A DNA stretch of 64,000 bases from Oscillospiraceae bacterium (GCA_902787755.1 CADAHL010000005.1:19524-83523), one strand, 5' to 3'. Counted from the first letter of the stretch, positions 6,636-14,836 are shown. Numbers and translations: made by a program. The notes: generated by a model from the letters alone, not told the origin.

Positions 6636-8930
6636 ATGGCGCAGATCCGGGAGCGGGGCTCCACCCATGTGTATAAGGTCAACAAGATCTCCCGGGAGGA
6701 GATCGAGGGCATGGTTTCGCTGTGTGTATACGAGCAGCCGCCCTTCTGCAACGCCGCCTGTCCGCTGAAGCTGGACACCCGGGCCTTTCTGGAGGCTGCC
6801 GCCGCCGGGAATTTCAAGAAGGCTCTGCAGCTGTACGAGAAGATCGCCCCCTTCCCCCTGGTCCTGGCCCGGGGCTGTGAAGCGCCCTGCGAGGGGAAAT
6901 GCCGTCTGGGCGAGGTGGGCGACGCGGTGGCGATCCGGGCGGTGGAGGAGGCCGTGGCCCGCTATGGAGAGGCCTCCCGGGGCGGAAGTATCTTCCGCAC
7001 CAAAAAGAAAAAGACCGTTGCCGTCCTCGGCTCCGATCTGTTCTGCCTGTTTCTGGCCGGAGAGCTGGAGAAGAAGGCCTATCCCGTGACGGTGTTCTGC
7101 CCGGAGCCGGACGCGGAGAGCTTTCTGCGCAGCATGGCGGGCTTCCTGGACGATGGGGCCTTCCGGCTGGAGCTCAGGCGCCTGAAGAGCAAGGACATCC
7201 AATTCGAATACAACAGCCCGGTCACCCGGGAAAGCTATGAGCGGATCCGGGGCGGGTTCGACGTGGTCTGCGCCTCGGAGCCTGTGGCAAAGAGCCTGTT
7301 TCCGGCGGCGGACTGTCTGCCGGAGCTGATGTACTGGGAAGCGGAGAACCTGGTCATGGGCCGGGGCGAGGGCGTGATGGACGCGGCCTTCGGCGCCAAG
7401 AAGGCCGCCCTGACCGTGGACCGGCTGGCCCAGGGCCTGGATCCCCGGAACACCCGGGGCCAGGAGGGGCCGGTGGAGACCCGGCTGTACACCGACCTGT
7501 CGGCGGCCGTCCGGCTGCAGAGGGAACCCGTTCCCCCGGAGGGCTACACGAAGGAGCAGGCGGTGGGGGAGGCCGGGCGCTGCCTGCGCTGCCGCTGCGA
7601 AGAGTGCCTGAAAAGCTGCGCGTATCTGCGGCATTACAAAAAGCATCCCGGCCTGCTGGCCAGGGAGATCTATAACAACACCCAGATCATCATGGGCGAC
7701 CACCAGCTCAACAAGCCCATGAACAGCTGCTCCCTCTGCGGACAGTGCACTGTGGTCTGCCCCAACGGCTTCGACATGGCCCGTGTGTGCCATCTCGCCC
7801 GGCAAAATATGGTCTCTACCGACAAAATGCCCCTGGCGCCTCATGAATTTGCGCTGATGGACATGCTCTTTTCCAACGGCGACGCCTTTCTGTGCCGGCC
7901 CCAGCCGGGCTTTGAGACCTGCCGTTACGTCTTCTTCCCCGGCTGCCAGGCCTCGGCCATCGCCCCGGAGACGGTGAAGGCCGCCTATCTGGACCTGTGC
8001 CGTCGGCTGGAGGGCGGCGTGGGCCTGATGCTGGGCTGCTGCGGCGCCATCTGCGACTGGGCCGGGCGGACGGAGCTGGAGGAGCAGACCCGGGAATTTC
8101 TGGACCGGGAGCTGAGCCGGCTGGGGAATCCCATTGTGATCGCCGGCTGCCCAACCTGTAAAAAGGAACTGAGCCGGCATGAGGGCCTTCGGACCGTCGG
8201 GATCTGGGAGCTGCTGCTGCAGCTGGGGCTGCCGGAGGGCGGGCGCGGGCTGGATCGTCCCGCCGCCCTGCACGATTCCTGCGGCGCCCGGGGCGACCCG
8301 GAGACACAGAAGGCCATCCGGACCCTGGCGGCCCGACTGGGCTGCGAGCTGGTGGAGACCCCGGATTCCGGGGACCGATCCCCCTGCTGCGGCTACGGCG
8401 GCCTTGCCGCCTACGCCAACCCCGAGGTGGCCGGGGAGATGACCGCGTCCTGCCTGGAGCGCTCGGACGCGCCCTATATCTCCTATTGCATGGCCTGTCG
8501 GGACCGCTTTGCCCGGCAGGGGCACGAGTCCCGGCACATTCTGGAGCTGGTCTACGGGACCGACGCCGGCGCGCCGCCGGATATCAGCGAAAAGCGCCGG
8601 AACCGGCTGAATCTGAAAAATGAACTGCTGTGGGAGCTTTGGCAGGAGGAGACGGCGGAGATGAAGCTGGAGTTTGAACTGAAGTATACCGAGGAAGCCC
8701 GGCAGATGATGGACGAGCGGATGATCCTCACCGACGACGTGATCGCCGTGCTGGAGGACTTTCGCCGGACCGGCGAGGCGATCCTGGACGGCGAGGACGG
8801 ACTGCTGGTGGCCCGCTGCCGGGTGGGCAACGCCACCTTCTGGGTCAAATTCACCCGGGACGGGGAGGACGCCTATACGGTGCACCGGGCCTACAGTCAC
8901 CGGATGCAGGTGGTAAAACGGGAGGGCTGA
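6636..8930 (+). CDS. Multidomain Fe-S oxidoreductase: GltD-like N-terminal Fe-S module, degenerate dinucleotide-binding segment, 2x[4Fe-4S] ferredoxin and two CCG (HdrD/GlcF-like) domains
   Basis: ORF 6567..8930 trimmed to ATG 6636, with GGGAGGGAGG 5 nt upstream; the longer form would run through a terminator-like hairpin. Motifs seen: CNAACPLK..GCEAPCEGKC, CLRCRCEECLKSC..CSLCGQCTVVCP, FFPGCQ..GCCGA and HDSCG..SPCCGYGG. Confidence 0.85.
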   Translation: MAQIRERGSTHVYKVNKISREEIEGMVSLCVYEQPPFCNAACPLKLDTRAFLEAAAAGNFKKALQLYEKIAPFPLVLARGCEAPCEGKCRLGEVGDAVAIRAVEEAVARYGEASRGGSIFRTKKKKTVAVLGSDLFCLFLAGELEKKAYPVTVFCPEPDAESFLRSMAGFLDDGAFRLELRRLKSKDIQFEYNSPVTRESYERIRGGFDVVCASEPVAKSLFPAADCLPELMYWEAENLVMGRGEGVMDAAFGAKKAALTVDRLAQGLDPRNTRGQEGPVETRLYTDLSAAVRLQREPVPPEGYTKEQAVGEAGRCLRCRCEECLKSCAYLRHYKKHPGLLAREIYNNTQIIMGDHQLNKPMNSCSLCGQCTVVCPNGFDMARVCHLARQNMVSTDKMPLAPHEFALMDMLFSNGDAFLCRPQPGFETCRYVFFPGCQASAIAPETVKAAYLDLCRRLEGGVGLMLGCCGAICDWAGRTELEEQTREFLDRELSRLGNPIVIAGCPTCKKELSRHEGLRTVGIWELLLQLGLPEGGRGLDRPAALHDSCGARGDPETQKAIRTLAARLGCELVETPDSGDRSPCCGYGGLAAYANPEVAGEMTASCLERSDAPYISYCMACRDRFARQGHESRHILELVYGTDAGAPPDISEKRRNRLNLKNELLWELWQEETAEMKLEFELKYTEEARQMMDERMILTDDVIAVLEDFRRTGEAILDGEDGLLVARCRVGNATFWVKFTRDGEDAYTVHRAYSHRMQVVKREG

Positions 8931-8933
8931 ACC

Positions 8934-9155
8934 ATGGCTGTGGAGAAAAACTACTATACCATCGATCCCCAGGGCAAGCTCAGCTGCCTGAAATGCGGGG
9001 TGCCGCTGGTAAAGGGCAAGGCCAAATTCATGTACCTGGACAACGGTTTTCCCGTGGAACTGCCGGTCTGCCCGGTCTGCGGCTTTGTCTATGTGCCGGA
9101 GGAGCTGGCCCTTGGGAAAGTGGCGTCCGTGGAGCGGGCGCTGGAGGACAAGTGA
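8934..9155 (+). CDS. Small 4-Cys zinc-ribbon/rubredoxin-like protein (73 aa)
   Basis: Motifs CLKCG...CPVCG. It starts 3 nt after the previous stop. From memory it corresponds to the DVU_1557 family redox protein. Confidence 0.75.
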   Translation: MAVEKNYYTIDPQGKLSCLKCGVPLVKGKAKFMYLDNGFPVELPVCPVCGFVYVPEELALGKVASVERALEDK

Positions 9156-9664
9156 ACGGCCATCCCGGCGGCGAGGAGAACACCCGCCGCATGCTCGCCC
9201 TGGCCGAATTGCCCGAGGGGGCGCGGCTCCTGGATCTGGGCGCCGGGGCGGGGGAGACGCTGGCCCTTCTGCGGGGGCTGGGCTTCCGGGCGGAGGGTCT
9301 GGACCTCAGCCCTCGGTCCCCGCTGGTGGACAAGGGGGATCTGCTGCATACGCCCTACCCCGACGGCAGCTTTGACGGAGTGCTCAGTCAGTGCGCCTTC
9401 TTTGCCTCGGGCGACGTGCCCGGCGCGCTGCGGGAGGCCCACCGGCTGCTCCGGCCCGGCGGGAAGCTGCTGCTGTCGGATGTGTTTTTTCAGGCTCCGG
9501 AGGCGCTGCTGAACGGGGCCGGCTTCTCGCTTCTCCGGGCCGAGAATATGACGGCGGCCTGGCGGGAGTATATTCTGGAAGCGCTGTGGCGGGAGGATGT
9601 GCCGTGCTGCACCATCCCCCGGGGCAGATGCGGCTATTGGCTGCTCATCGGGGAAAGGAGATAG
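9152..9664 (+). CDS. Class I SAM-dependent methyltransferase
   Basis: ORF 8993..9664 trimmed to GTG 9152, which overlaps the upstream stop as GTGA. ATG 9191 is an alternative start. Motif I is LLDLGAGAGE, followed by RPGGKLLLSD. Confidence 0.8.
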   Translation: MNGHPGGEENTRRMLALAELPEGARLLDLGAGAGETLALLRGLGFRAEGLDLSPRSPLVDKGDLLHTPYPDGSFDGVLSQCAFFASGDVPGALREAHRLLRPGGKLLLSDVFFQAPEALLNGAGFSLLRAENMTAAWREYILEALWREDVPCCTIPRGRCGYWLLIGERR

Positions 9665-9666
9665 AA

Positions 9667-10092
9667 ATGGATCTGTTTGACAGGATCATGGAGCTGAGCC
9701 GCTATGGGTATTTCTGCGGCCAGATCCTGGCGATCCTCATGCTGGAGACCGTGGGGGAGGAGAATCCGGGCCTGGTGAAGGCCATGGGAGGACTGAACGG
9801 CGGCGTGGGCTTTTCCCAGAACTGCTGCGGCTGCATGACCGGCGGAGCCTGCGTGATCTCATATTTTACCGGCAAGGGCGAGGACACGGGGATGGACTCC
9901 CCGGAGCACAAGCCCGCCCTGGGCGAGTTCACCCGCTGGTTTGAGGATGAGATCACCGCCGATTACGGCGGCATCGACTGCCGGGATATCACCCGGGGCA
10001 ATCCGGCCAGGCGGGTGGAGTGCTGCCCCCAGATCATTGCCGCCACCTATGAAAAATGCATGGAAATTCTGACGGAGCGTGAACTGCTGTGA
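9667..10092 (+). CDS. C_GCAxxG_C_C family putative redox-active protein
   Basis: ORF 9391..10092 trimmed to ATG 9667 (GGAAAGGAG upstream). Motifs seen: YFCGQILA, NCCGCMTGGACV and ECCPQII. Confidence 0.8.
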   Translation: MDLFDRIMELSRYGYFCGQILAILMLETVGEENPGLVKAMGGLNGGVGFSQNCCGCMTGGACVISYFTGKGEDTGMDSPEHKPALGEFTRWFEDEITADYGGIDCRDITRGNPARRVECCPQIIAATYEKCMEILTERELL

Positions 10093-11411
10093 TCATTGGG
10101 AGAACAGAGAGTGTCTGCCCGGTCTGCCTGCGGGTGCTGCCCGCGGAGATCTGCCCGGGAACAGACGGCGTCTATATGGAAAAGTCCTGCCCGGAGCACG
10201 GGGACTTCCGTTCCCTGATCTGGGAGGGAGATCTGCGCTCCTATCTCCGGTGGGCCACGAAGAACAGCGCGGCGGAAGCGCCGAAGGACCCCAAGCCCTG
10301 CAGCCGGGGCTGCCCCTATGACTGTGGCCTGTGCGGGGAGCACCGGACAAAAGGCTGCTGCGTGCTGCTGGAGCTGACAAAACGCTGCAATCTGCGCTGC
10401 CCGGTGTGTTTTGCTTCGGCGGGCGAGACCGGGGACGGCGATCCGAGCCTGGGGCAGATCGCGGCCCAGTACCAATACCTGATGGACCACGGCGGCCCCT
10501 TCAACATCCAGCTGTCCGGCGGCGAACCCACCGTCCGGGACGATCTGCCGGAGATCATCGCGCTGGGGCGGGAGAAGGGCTTCTCCTTCTTTCAGCTGAA
10601 CACCAACGGCCTGCGTCTGGCCTCCGAGCCCGGCTATGCCCGCAGCCTGAAGGAGGCGGGGCTGAGTACGGTGTTTCTCCAGTTTGATGCCGTCAGCGAC
10701 CCGGTGTACGAGATCCTTCGGGGCCGGCGGCTGCTGGCGGAGAAGGAGCGGGCCATCGAGGCCTGCGCCGAGGCCGGACTGGGGATCGTGCTGGTGCCGG
10801 TGATCGCGGCCGGGGTCAATGAGGACCAGGTGGGGCCGATCCTGCGTTACGCGCTGGAGAGGATGCCGGCGGTGCGGGGCGTGCATTTTCAACCGCTGAG
10901 CTATTTCGGCCGCTGCGGCCTGGCTCGGCCCGACAGGCCCGTGACCATCCCCAAAATGCTCCGCCTGATCGAGGAGCAGACCGGAGGCCGGATGTGCGCC
11001 TCCGATTTTGGCGGCGGCGGGGCGGAGAATCCCTATTGCTCCTTCCATGCTAGTTACCTGAAAAAGACCGACGGCAGCCTGAAAGCGCTCAAGCGCAAGT
11101 CCGACAGCGGCTGCTGCTGTGTCAGCTCCGACGACTCCCGCCAGGCCGTCGCCAACCAATGGTCCGGTGAAGCGGAGGAATTTGCCGGTGACGGGGAATT
11201 TCTGGAGACCTCCTCCCTGGACGCCTTTCTGGAGCAGGCGAGGAAGAATACCTTTGCCGTATCCGGCATGGTGTTTCAGGACGCCTGGAACCTGGATCTG
11301 AAGCGCCTGCGGCGCTGCTATATCTGCGAGATGGACCCGGAGCACGGCATGGTGCCGTTCTGCGCCTACAACTTGACCGATACGGAAGGGAGAGCGCTGT
11401 ACCGAAGATGA
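10089..11411 (+). CDS. Radical SAM enzyme with an N-terminal zinc ribbon
   Basis: GTG start overlaps the upstream stop (GTGA). The zinc ribbon is CPVC..CPEHGDF. The CxxxCxxC motif is CNLRCPVC, followed by SGGEPT. A Cys-rich patch SGCCCVSS is present. I saw no SPASM-type C-terminal cluster motif. Confidence 0.9.
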   Translation: MIIGRTESVCPVCLRVLPAEICPGTDGVYMEKSCPEHGDFRSLIWEGDLRSYLRWATKNSAAEAPKDPKPCSRGCPYDCGLCGEHRTKGCCVLLELTKRCNLRCPVCFASAGETGDGDPSLGQIAAQYQYLMDHGGPFNIQLSGGEPTVRDDLPEIIALGREKGFSFFQLNTNGLRLASEPGYARSLKEAGLSTVFLQFDAVSDPVYEILRGRRLLAEKERAIEACAEAGLGIVLVPVIAAGVNEDQVGPILRYALERMPAVRGVHFQPLSYFGRCGLARPDRPVTIPKMLRLIEEQTGGRMCASDFGGGGAENPYCSFHASYLKKTDGSLKALKRKSDSGCCCVSSDDSRQAVANQWSGEAEEFAGDGEFLETSSLDAFLEQARKNTFAVSGMVFQDAWNLDLKRLRRCYICEMDPEHGMVPFCAYNLTDTEGRALYRR

Positions 11412-12628
11412 AGATCTCACGCCTGGATGCGCTCATCATGGAGCAGGAGCAGGTCAATACCCTGGACCGGGAAACGATAGAGGCGATTCAGCTGGCAAAG
11501 CTGAACCGCCTTCTTGCGCGGGAAAGGGAGCGCGGCGGCTTTTACCGCGGTCTGCCGGAACGGCTGGATTCCCTGGCGGAGCTGGGGAGCCTGCCCTTCA
11601 CCACAGAGGCGGATCTGGCCCGGTCAGCTCCCGGGATGCTGCTGATCTCCCAGAGCCGGATCCGGCGGATCATTTCCGAGACCACCTCCGGCACCACCGG
11701 CACTGCCAAGCGGGTGTTCTATACCGACGGGGATCTGGAAAACACCGTCCGGCTCTATATGGCCGGGCTTGGGGAACTGATCTTCCCCGGCAGCAGAACC
11801 ATGATCTGCTTTCCCTTTTCCGGCCCCCATGGCCTGGGCGAGCTGATCGCGGAGGCCGTGACACGGCTGGGCGCCCGGCCGCTGAAGCTGGGCCCATCCC
11901 TGAGCTATGGGGAATATGCCGCCATCCTGGAGCGGGAGCAGCCGGATACCTTTGTGGGGATGCCGGGGCAGCTGCTGTCTCTGCTTCGGGCCTGCGGCAG
12001 GGGAAGCCTCCGCCGGGCGCTGGTCAGCGGCGACGCCTGTCCGGACAGCGTGATATCGGGATGCGAGCGAATCCTGGGCTCCCGGCTGTTCCCCCACTAC
12101 GGTTCCCGGGAGATGGGCATGGCCGGGGCGGTCACCTGCCCGGCCCATGAGGGGATGCATCTCAGAGAAAACCACGTGATCCCGGAGATTGTGGACGAGA
12201 CAGGCCAGGTCCTGCCCCGGGGAGAGTGGGGCGAGCTGGTCATCACCACCGTGGGCATGGAGGCCCTGCCGCTGATCCGCTACCGCACCGGTGACGTGAC
12301 CCGGATCCTGCCGGAGCCCTGCCCCTGCGGGAGTGCGACGATCCGGCTGGACCGTCTCCGCCGCCGGGCGGGAAATCGGATCGAGGAGCTGGACGAAGCC
12401 CTGTTTGCCCTGCCGGAGCTGGTGGACTATACCGCTCGGCTGGAGGGCGGTGTGCTGCGGATCCGGGGCCTGACGGCGGGCCCATACCCGACCGAGAAGA
12501 TCCAAAACCGGGCGGAGGGGATATTCCCCGGCGTTGGGATCCGGGTCGAGCTCTCCCCTGTTCGACCGGAGGACCGGCCGCTGAATCCCGGGAAGAGGAT
12601 CCTGGGCGGGATGGAGCAGTTTTCCTGA
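11408..12628 (+). CDS. PaaK / coenzyme F390 synthetase-like adenylate-forming ligase
   Basis: ATGA overlap with the radical SAM gene. The AMP-binding motif is SETTSGTTGTAKRV, followed by YGSREMG and YRTGD. Confidence 0.9.
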   Translation: MKISRLDALIMEQEQVNTLDRETIEAIQLAKLNRLLARERERGGFYRGLPERLDSLAELGSLPFTTEADLARSAPGMLLISQSRIRRIISETTSGTTGTAKRVFYTDGDLENTVRLYMAGLGELIFPGSRTMICFPFSGPHGLGELIAEAVTRLGARPLKLGPSLSYGEYAAILEREQPDTFVGMPGQLLSLLRACGRGSLRRALVSGDACPDSVISGCERILGSRLFPHYGSREMGMAGAVTCPAHEGMHLRENHVIPEIVDETGQVLPRGEWGELVITTVGMEALPLIRYRTGDVTRILPEPCPCGSATIRLDRLRRRAGNRIEELDEALFALPELVDYTARLEGGVLRIRGLTAGPYPTEKIQNRAEGIFPGVGIRVELSPVRPEDRPLNPGKRILGGMEQFS

Positions 12629-12642
12629 TACCCGATTTTATG

Positions 12643-12688
12643 CCAAACGGAAGAAGGCGCGGCTCCGGCCGCGCCTTCTTCCGTTTGG
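12643..12688. terminator. Bidirectional terminator between the ligase gene (+) and the aldose epimerase gene (-)
   Basis: CCAAACGGAAGAAGGCGCGGC / GCCGCGCCTTCTTCCGTTTGG is a long, near-perfect inverted repeat. Confidence 0.85.
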
Positions 12689-12696
12689 GAGGGGCA

Positions 12697-13572
12697 TTAT
12701 CGGTGAAATTCGATGCTGTAGGAGATTGCTTTCGTCTCTCCGGGCTCCAGCCGCTGCTCGCAGACCTTCTCCGAGATCTCGCCGGTGAAGCCCTCGTCGT
12801 CTGTGCGGCCGCACCAGGGCTCCAGACATACAAAAGGTCCTTCAGCCTTGGCCCAGACCGCCAGGATGGGGAAGTCCTCACAGCGCAGGGTCACCCAGGG
12901 TGTTTTGTCGGGGCGGACCAGCTGCACCGCCGGGACCTGGCGATCCTCGAAGATCCAGGTCTCGGGCAGGGTAGCGCCGTAAGGGGTCAGACCCTCCCGA
13001 AGCGCCAGCTCGCGGATCGTGCCCGGAACGGCAAAGCCCGCCGGGTCGGCGCTGATGTAGCGCAGGGTCTGATTTCCGGGAAAGCCCAGGAGCAGCTCTT
13101 CCTTTTTCACGCCCTCCGGGGGCAGAAAGCCCGGATGCCCGCCGATGGCATAGAACATGGTCCGGTCCCCGGTATTGGTCACCTCCCAGCCCACGTGCAG
13201 CAGCCGGGGGTTCCGGCTGTCCAGCCGGTGGCGCACCAGGAGGCGGAAATCGAAGGGGTAGCGGCGGAGAGTCTCCCCGGTGGACGTGAGCACCTGCGCC
13301 ACACGGCCGTCGGTCTCCTCGGTGCAGACAAAGTCCAGATCCCGGGCAAAGCCGTGCTGGGTCTTCATCTCATACTCCCGACCCTCCAGCCGGTATTTGC
13401 CGTCCAGGACCTTGCCCACGAAGGGGAAAAGAATGGGGGCGTGCCGGTTCCACACCGCGGGATCGGCGCTCCAGAGCCGTTCGCAGCGGGCCTGCTTGTC
13501 CCAGACCCGGCTCAGCTCGGCGCCGCGGTCGGCGATCTCCAGGCGCAGGACTTCATTTTCCAGAATATGCAT
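12697..13572 (-). CDS. Aldose 1-epimerase (galactose mutarotase-like) family protein
   Basis: 291 aa. Family-typical segments are APILFPFVGKV..G.Y, QHGFARD and GGHPGF. Confidence 0.9.
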   Translation of the reverse strand: MHILENEVLRLEIADRGAELSRVWDKQARCERLWSADPAVWNRHAPILFPFVGKVLDGKYRLEGREYEMKTQHGFARDLDFVCTEETDGRVAQVLTSTGETLRRYPFDFRLLVRHRLDSRNPRLLHVGWEVTNTGDRTMFYAIGGHPGFLPPEGVKKEELLLGFPGNQTLRYISADPAGFAVPGTIRELALREGLTPYGATLPETWIFEDRQVPAVQLVRPDKTPWVTLRCEDFPILAVWAKAEGPFVCLEPWCGRTDDEGFTGEISEKVCEQRLEPGETKAISYSIEFHR

Positions 13573-13813
13573 GGCAAGCTCTCCTTGTTCGTTTTTCTTT
13601 CCGGGGAGTCCGGCCCTCCGGGCGGGACTTTTCCCCGCCGGCGCCGGACTCCAGCCTCAGTATACCGCAAAAGCCGCCGGAAGGATACAGAAATTTCTGG
13701 GGTTTGACGCCCCCAGTCAGTGATCGCTCCGCGCCTCAGCGACCGATCCTGAGAAAAGTGGCGGTTACTCAGAAGGGAGAACCGAGAAAAAACTGGTGTT
13801 CCGGCCATGGGTC

Positions 13814-13822
13814 TGTTATAAT
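13814..13822 (+). promoter_or_regulatory. Extended -10-like element (TGTTATAAT) upstream of the HAD gene
   Basis: TGnTATAAT at 13814-13822. No good -35 box is present. It would produce a leader of about 240 nt. Confidence 0.3.
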
Positions 13823-14070
13823 GGGCGCCAGTTTCGGACAAAACCGGCAGACGGGGATGCCATGCGGTCCTTTCCCGGCGACCTGTACCTGGACCATGCC
13901 AGCGTGACCCGGCATGCCGGCTGCCTTTGACCGGTCCGGGAGTCCCCAGAGCAGTAACAGAAGCTGTCCCGCCCGGTGGGATGGTTTCCATCCCCTCCCG
14001 GCCGGGAATCTCCACGGCGTGGCCGGGGATCCCGGGATGAGGACAGAGAAAAGAGAATGGAGAAGAAAAG

Positions 14071-14787
14071 ATGCTCAAAGCGGTATTGTTCGACCTGGAC
14101 GGGACGCTGCTCCCGATGGATCAGGACGCGTTCGTGGATCGGTATTTCAGCCTTTTGTGCAAAAAAATGGCGCCCTGCGGCTATGAGCCAAAGGCGCTGA
14201 TCAAGGCTGTCTGGGGCGGCACGAACGCCATGGTGACAAACGACGGCTCCTGCCGGAATGAAGAGGCGTTCTGGCGCTTTTTCCTGGGGGTGTACGGGGA
14301 GCAGGCCAGGACTCACATCCCGCTGTTCGAGGAGTTCTATGCCAATGAATTCCAGCAGGCGAAGGCCCTCTGCGGCTTTACCCCGAAGGCGCGGGAGACG
14401 GTGCGGCTGGTCAGAGACCTGGGGCTGCGGGCCATCCTGGCCACGAATCCCCTCTTTCCGGCTGTGGCCACCCGGAGCCGCATTCGCTGGGCGGGCCTGG
14501 AGCCGGAGGATTTCGAGTTCGTTACCACCTACGAGAACAGCAGCACCTGCAAGCCCAATCCGGACTATTATCGGGAGATCCTGCAAAAGCGGGGCCTGAA
14601 GCCGGAGGACTGCCTGATGGTGGGCAACGACACCGGGGAAGACATGATCGCCCAGAGCCTGGGCATGAAGGTCTTTCTTTTGACCGACTGCCTGATCAAC
14701 AGGGCGGGCGAGGACCTGGAGCGCTGGCCTCACGGCAGCTTTGAGGAGTTGGGAGCGTATCTGAAAACGCTGGTCGAAGCGGAATAA
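14071..14787 (+). CDS. HAD-superfamily hydrolase
   Basis: MLKAVLFDLDGTLL (DxDGT motif I) and VGNDTGEDM (motif IV region). Confidence 0.9.
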   Translation: MLKAVLFDLDGTLLPMDQDAFVDRYFSLLCKKMAPCGYEPKALIKAVWGGTNAMVTNDGSCRNEEAFWRFFLGVYGEQARTHIPLFEEFYANEFQQAKALCGFTPKARETVRLVRDLGLRAILATNPLFPAVATRSRIRWAGLEPEDFEFVTTYENSSTCKPNPDYYREILQKRGLKPEDCLMVGNDTGEDMIAQSLGMKVFLLTDCLINRAGEDLERWPHGSFEELGAYLKTLVEAE

Positions 14788-14790
14788 TGC

Positions 14791-14834
14791 AGCACGAGGA
14801 CTTTCCGACAGTCTGGAAGGCCCTCGTGCTTTTC
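14791..14834. terminator. Hairpin between convergent HAD and SPL radical SAM genes
   Basis: AGCACGAGG ... CCTCGTGCT is a 9 bp stem with a large loop, followed by TTTCG. Confidence 0.5.
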
Positions 14835-14836
14835 GT

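Noticed and set aside
13881-13907. TPP riboswitch-like stretch ACCTGTACCTGGACCATGCCAGCGTGA
   Set aside because: Only the 3' (pyrophosphate-sensor-like) half is vaguely similar. The invariant CUGAGA/ACCC pyrimidine-sensor part and a credible P1-P3 architecture are missing. The downstream gene is not thiamine-related. The region is kept only as part of the unexplained-region finding.
13925-13975. SRP RNA or RNase P-like fragments (GGTCCGGGAG..., CAGTAACAGAAGC)
   Set aside because: The universally conserved SRP domain IV motif (GGUCCGGAAGGAAGCAGC) and the RNase P P4 motif (GAGGAAAGUCC) are not present. The length and context do not fit either.
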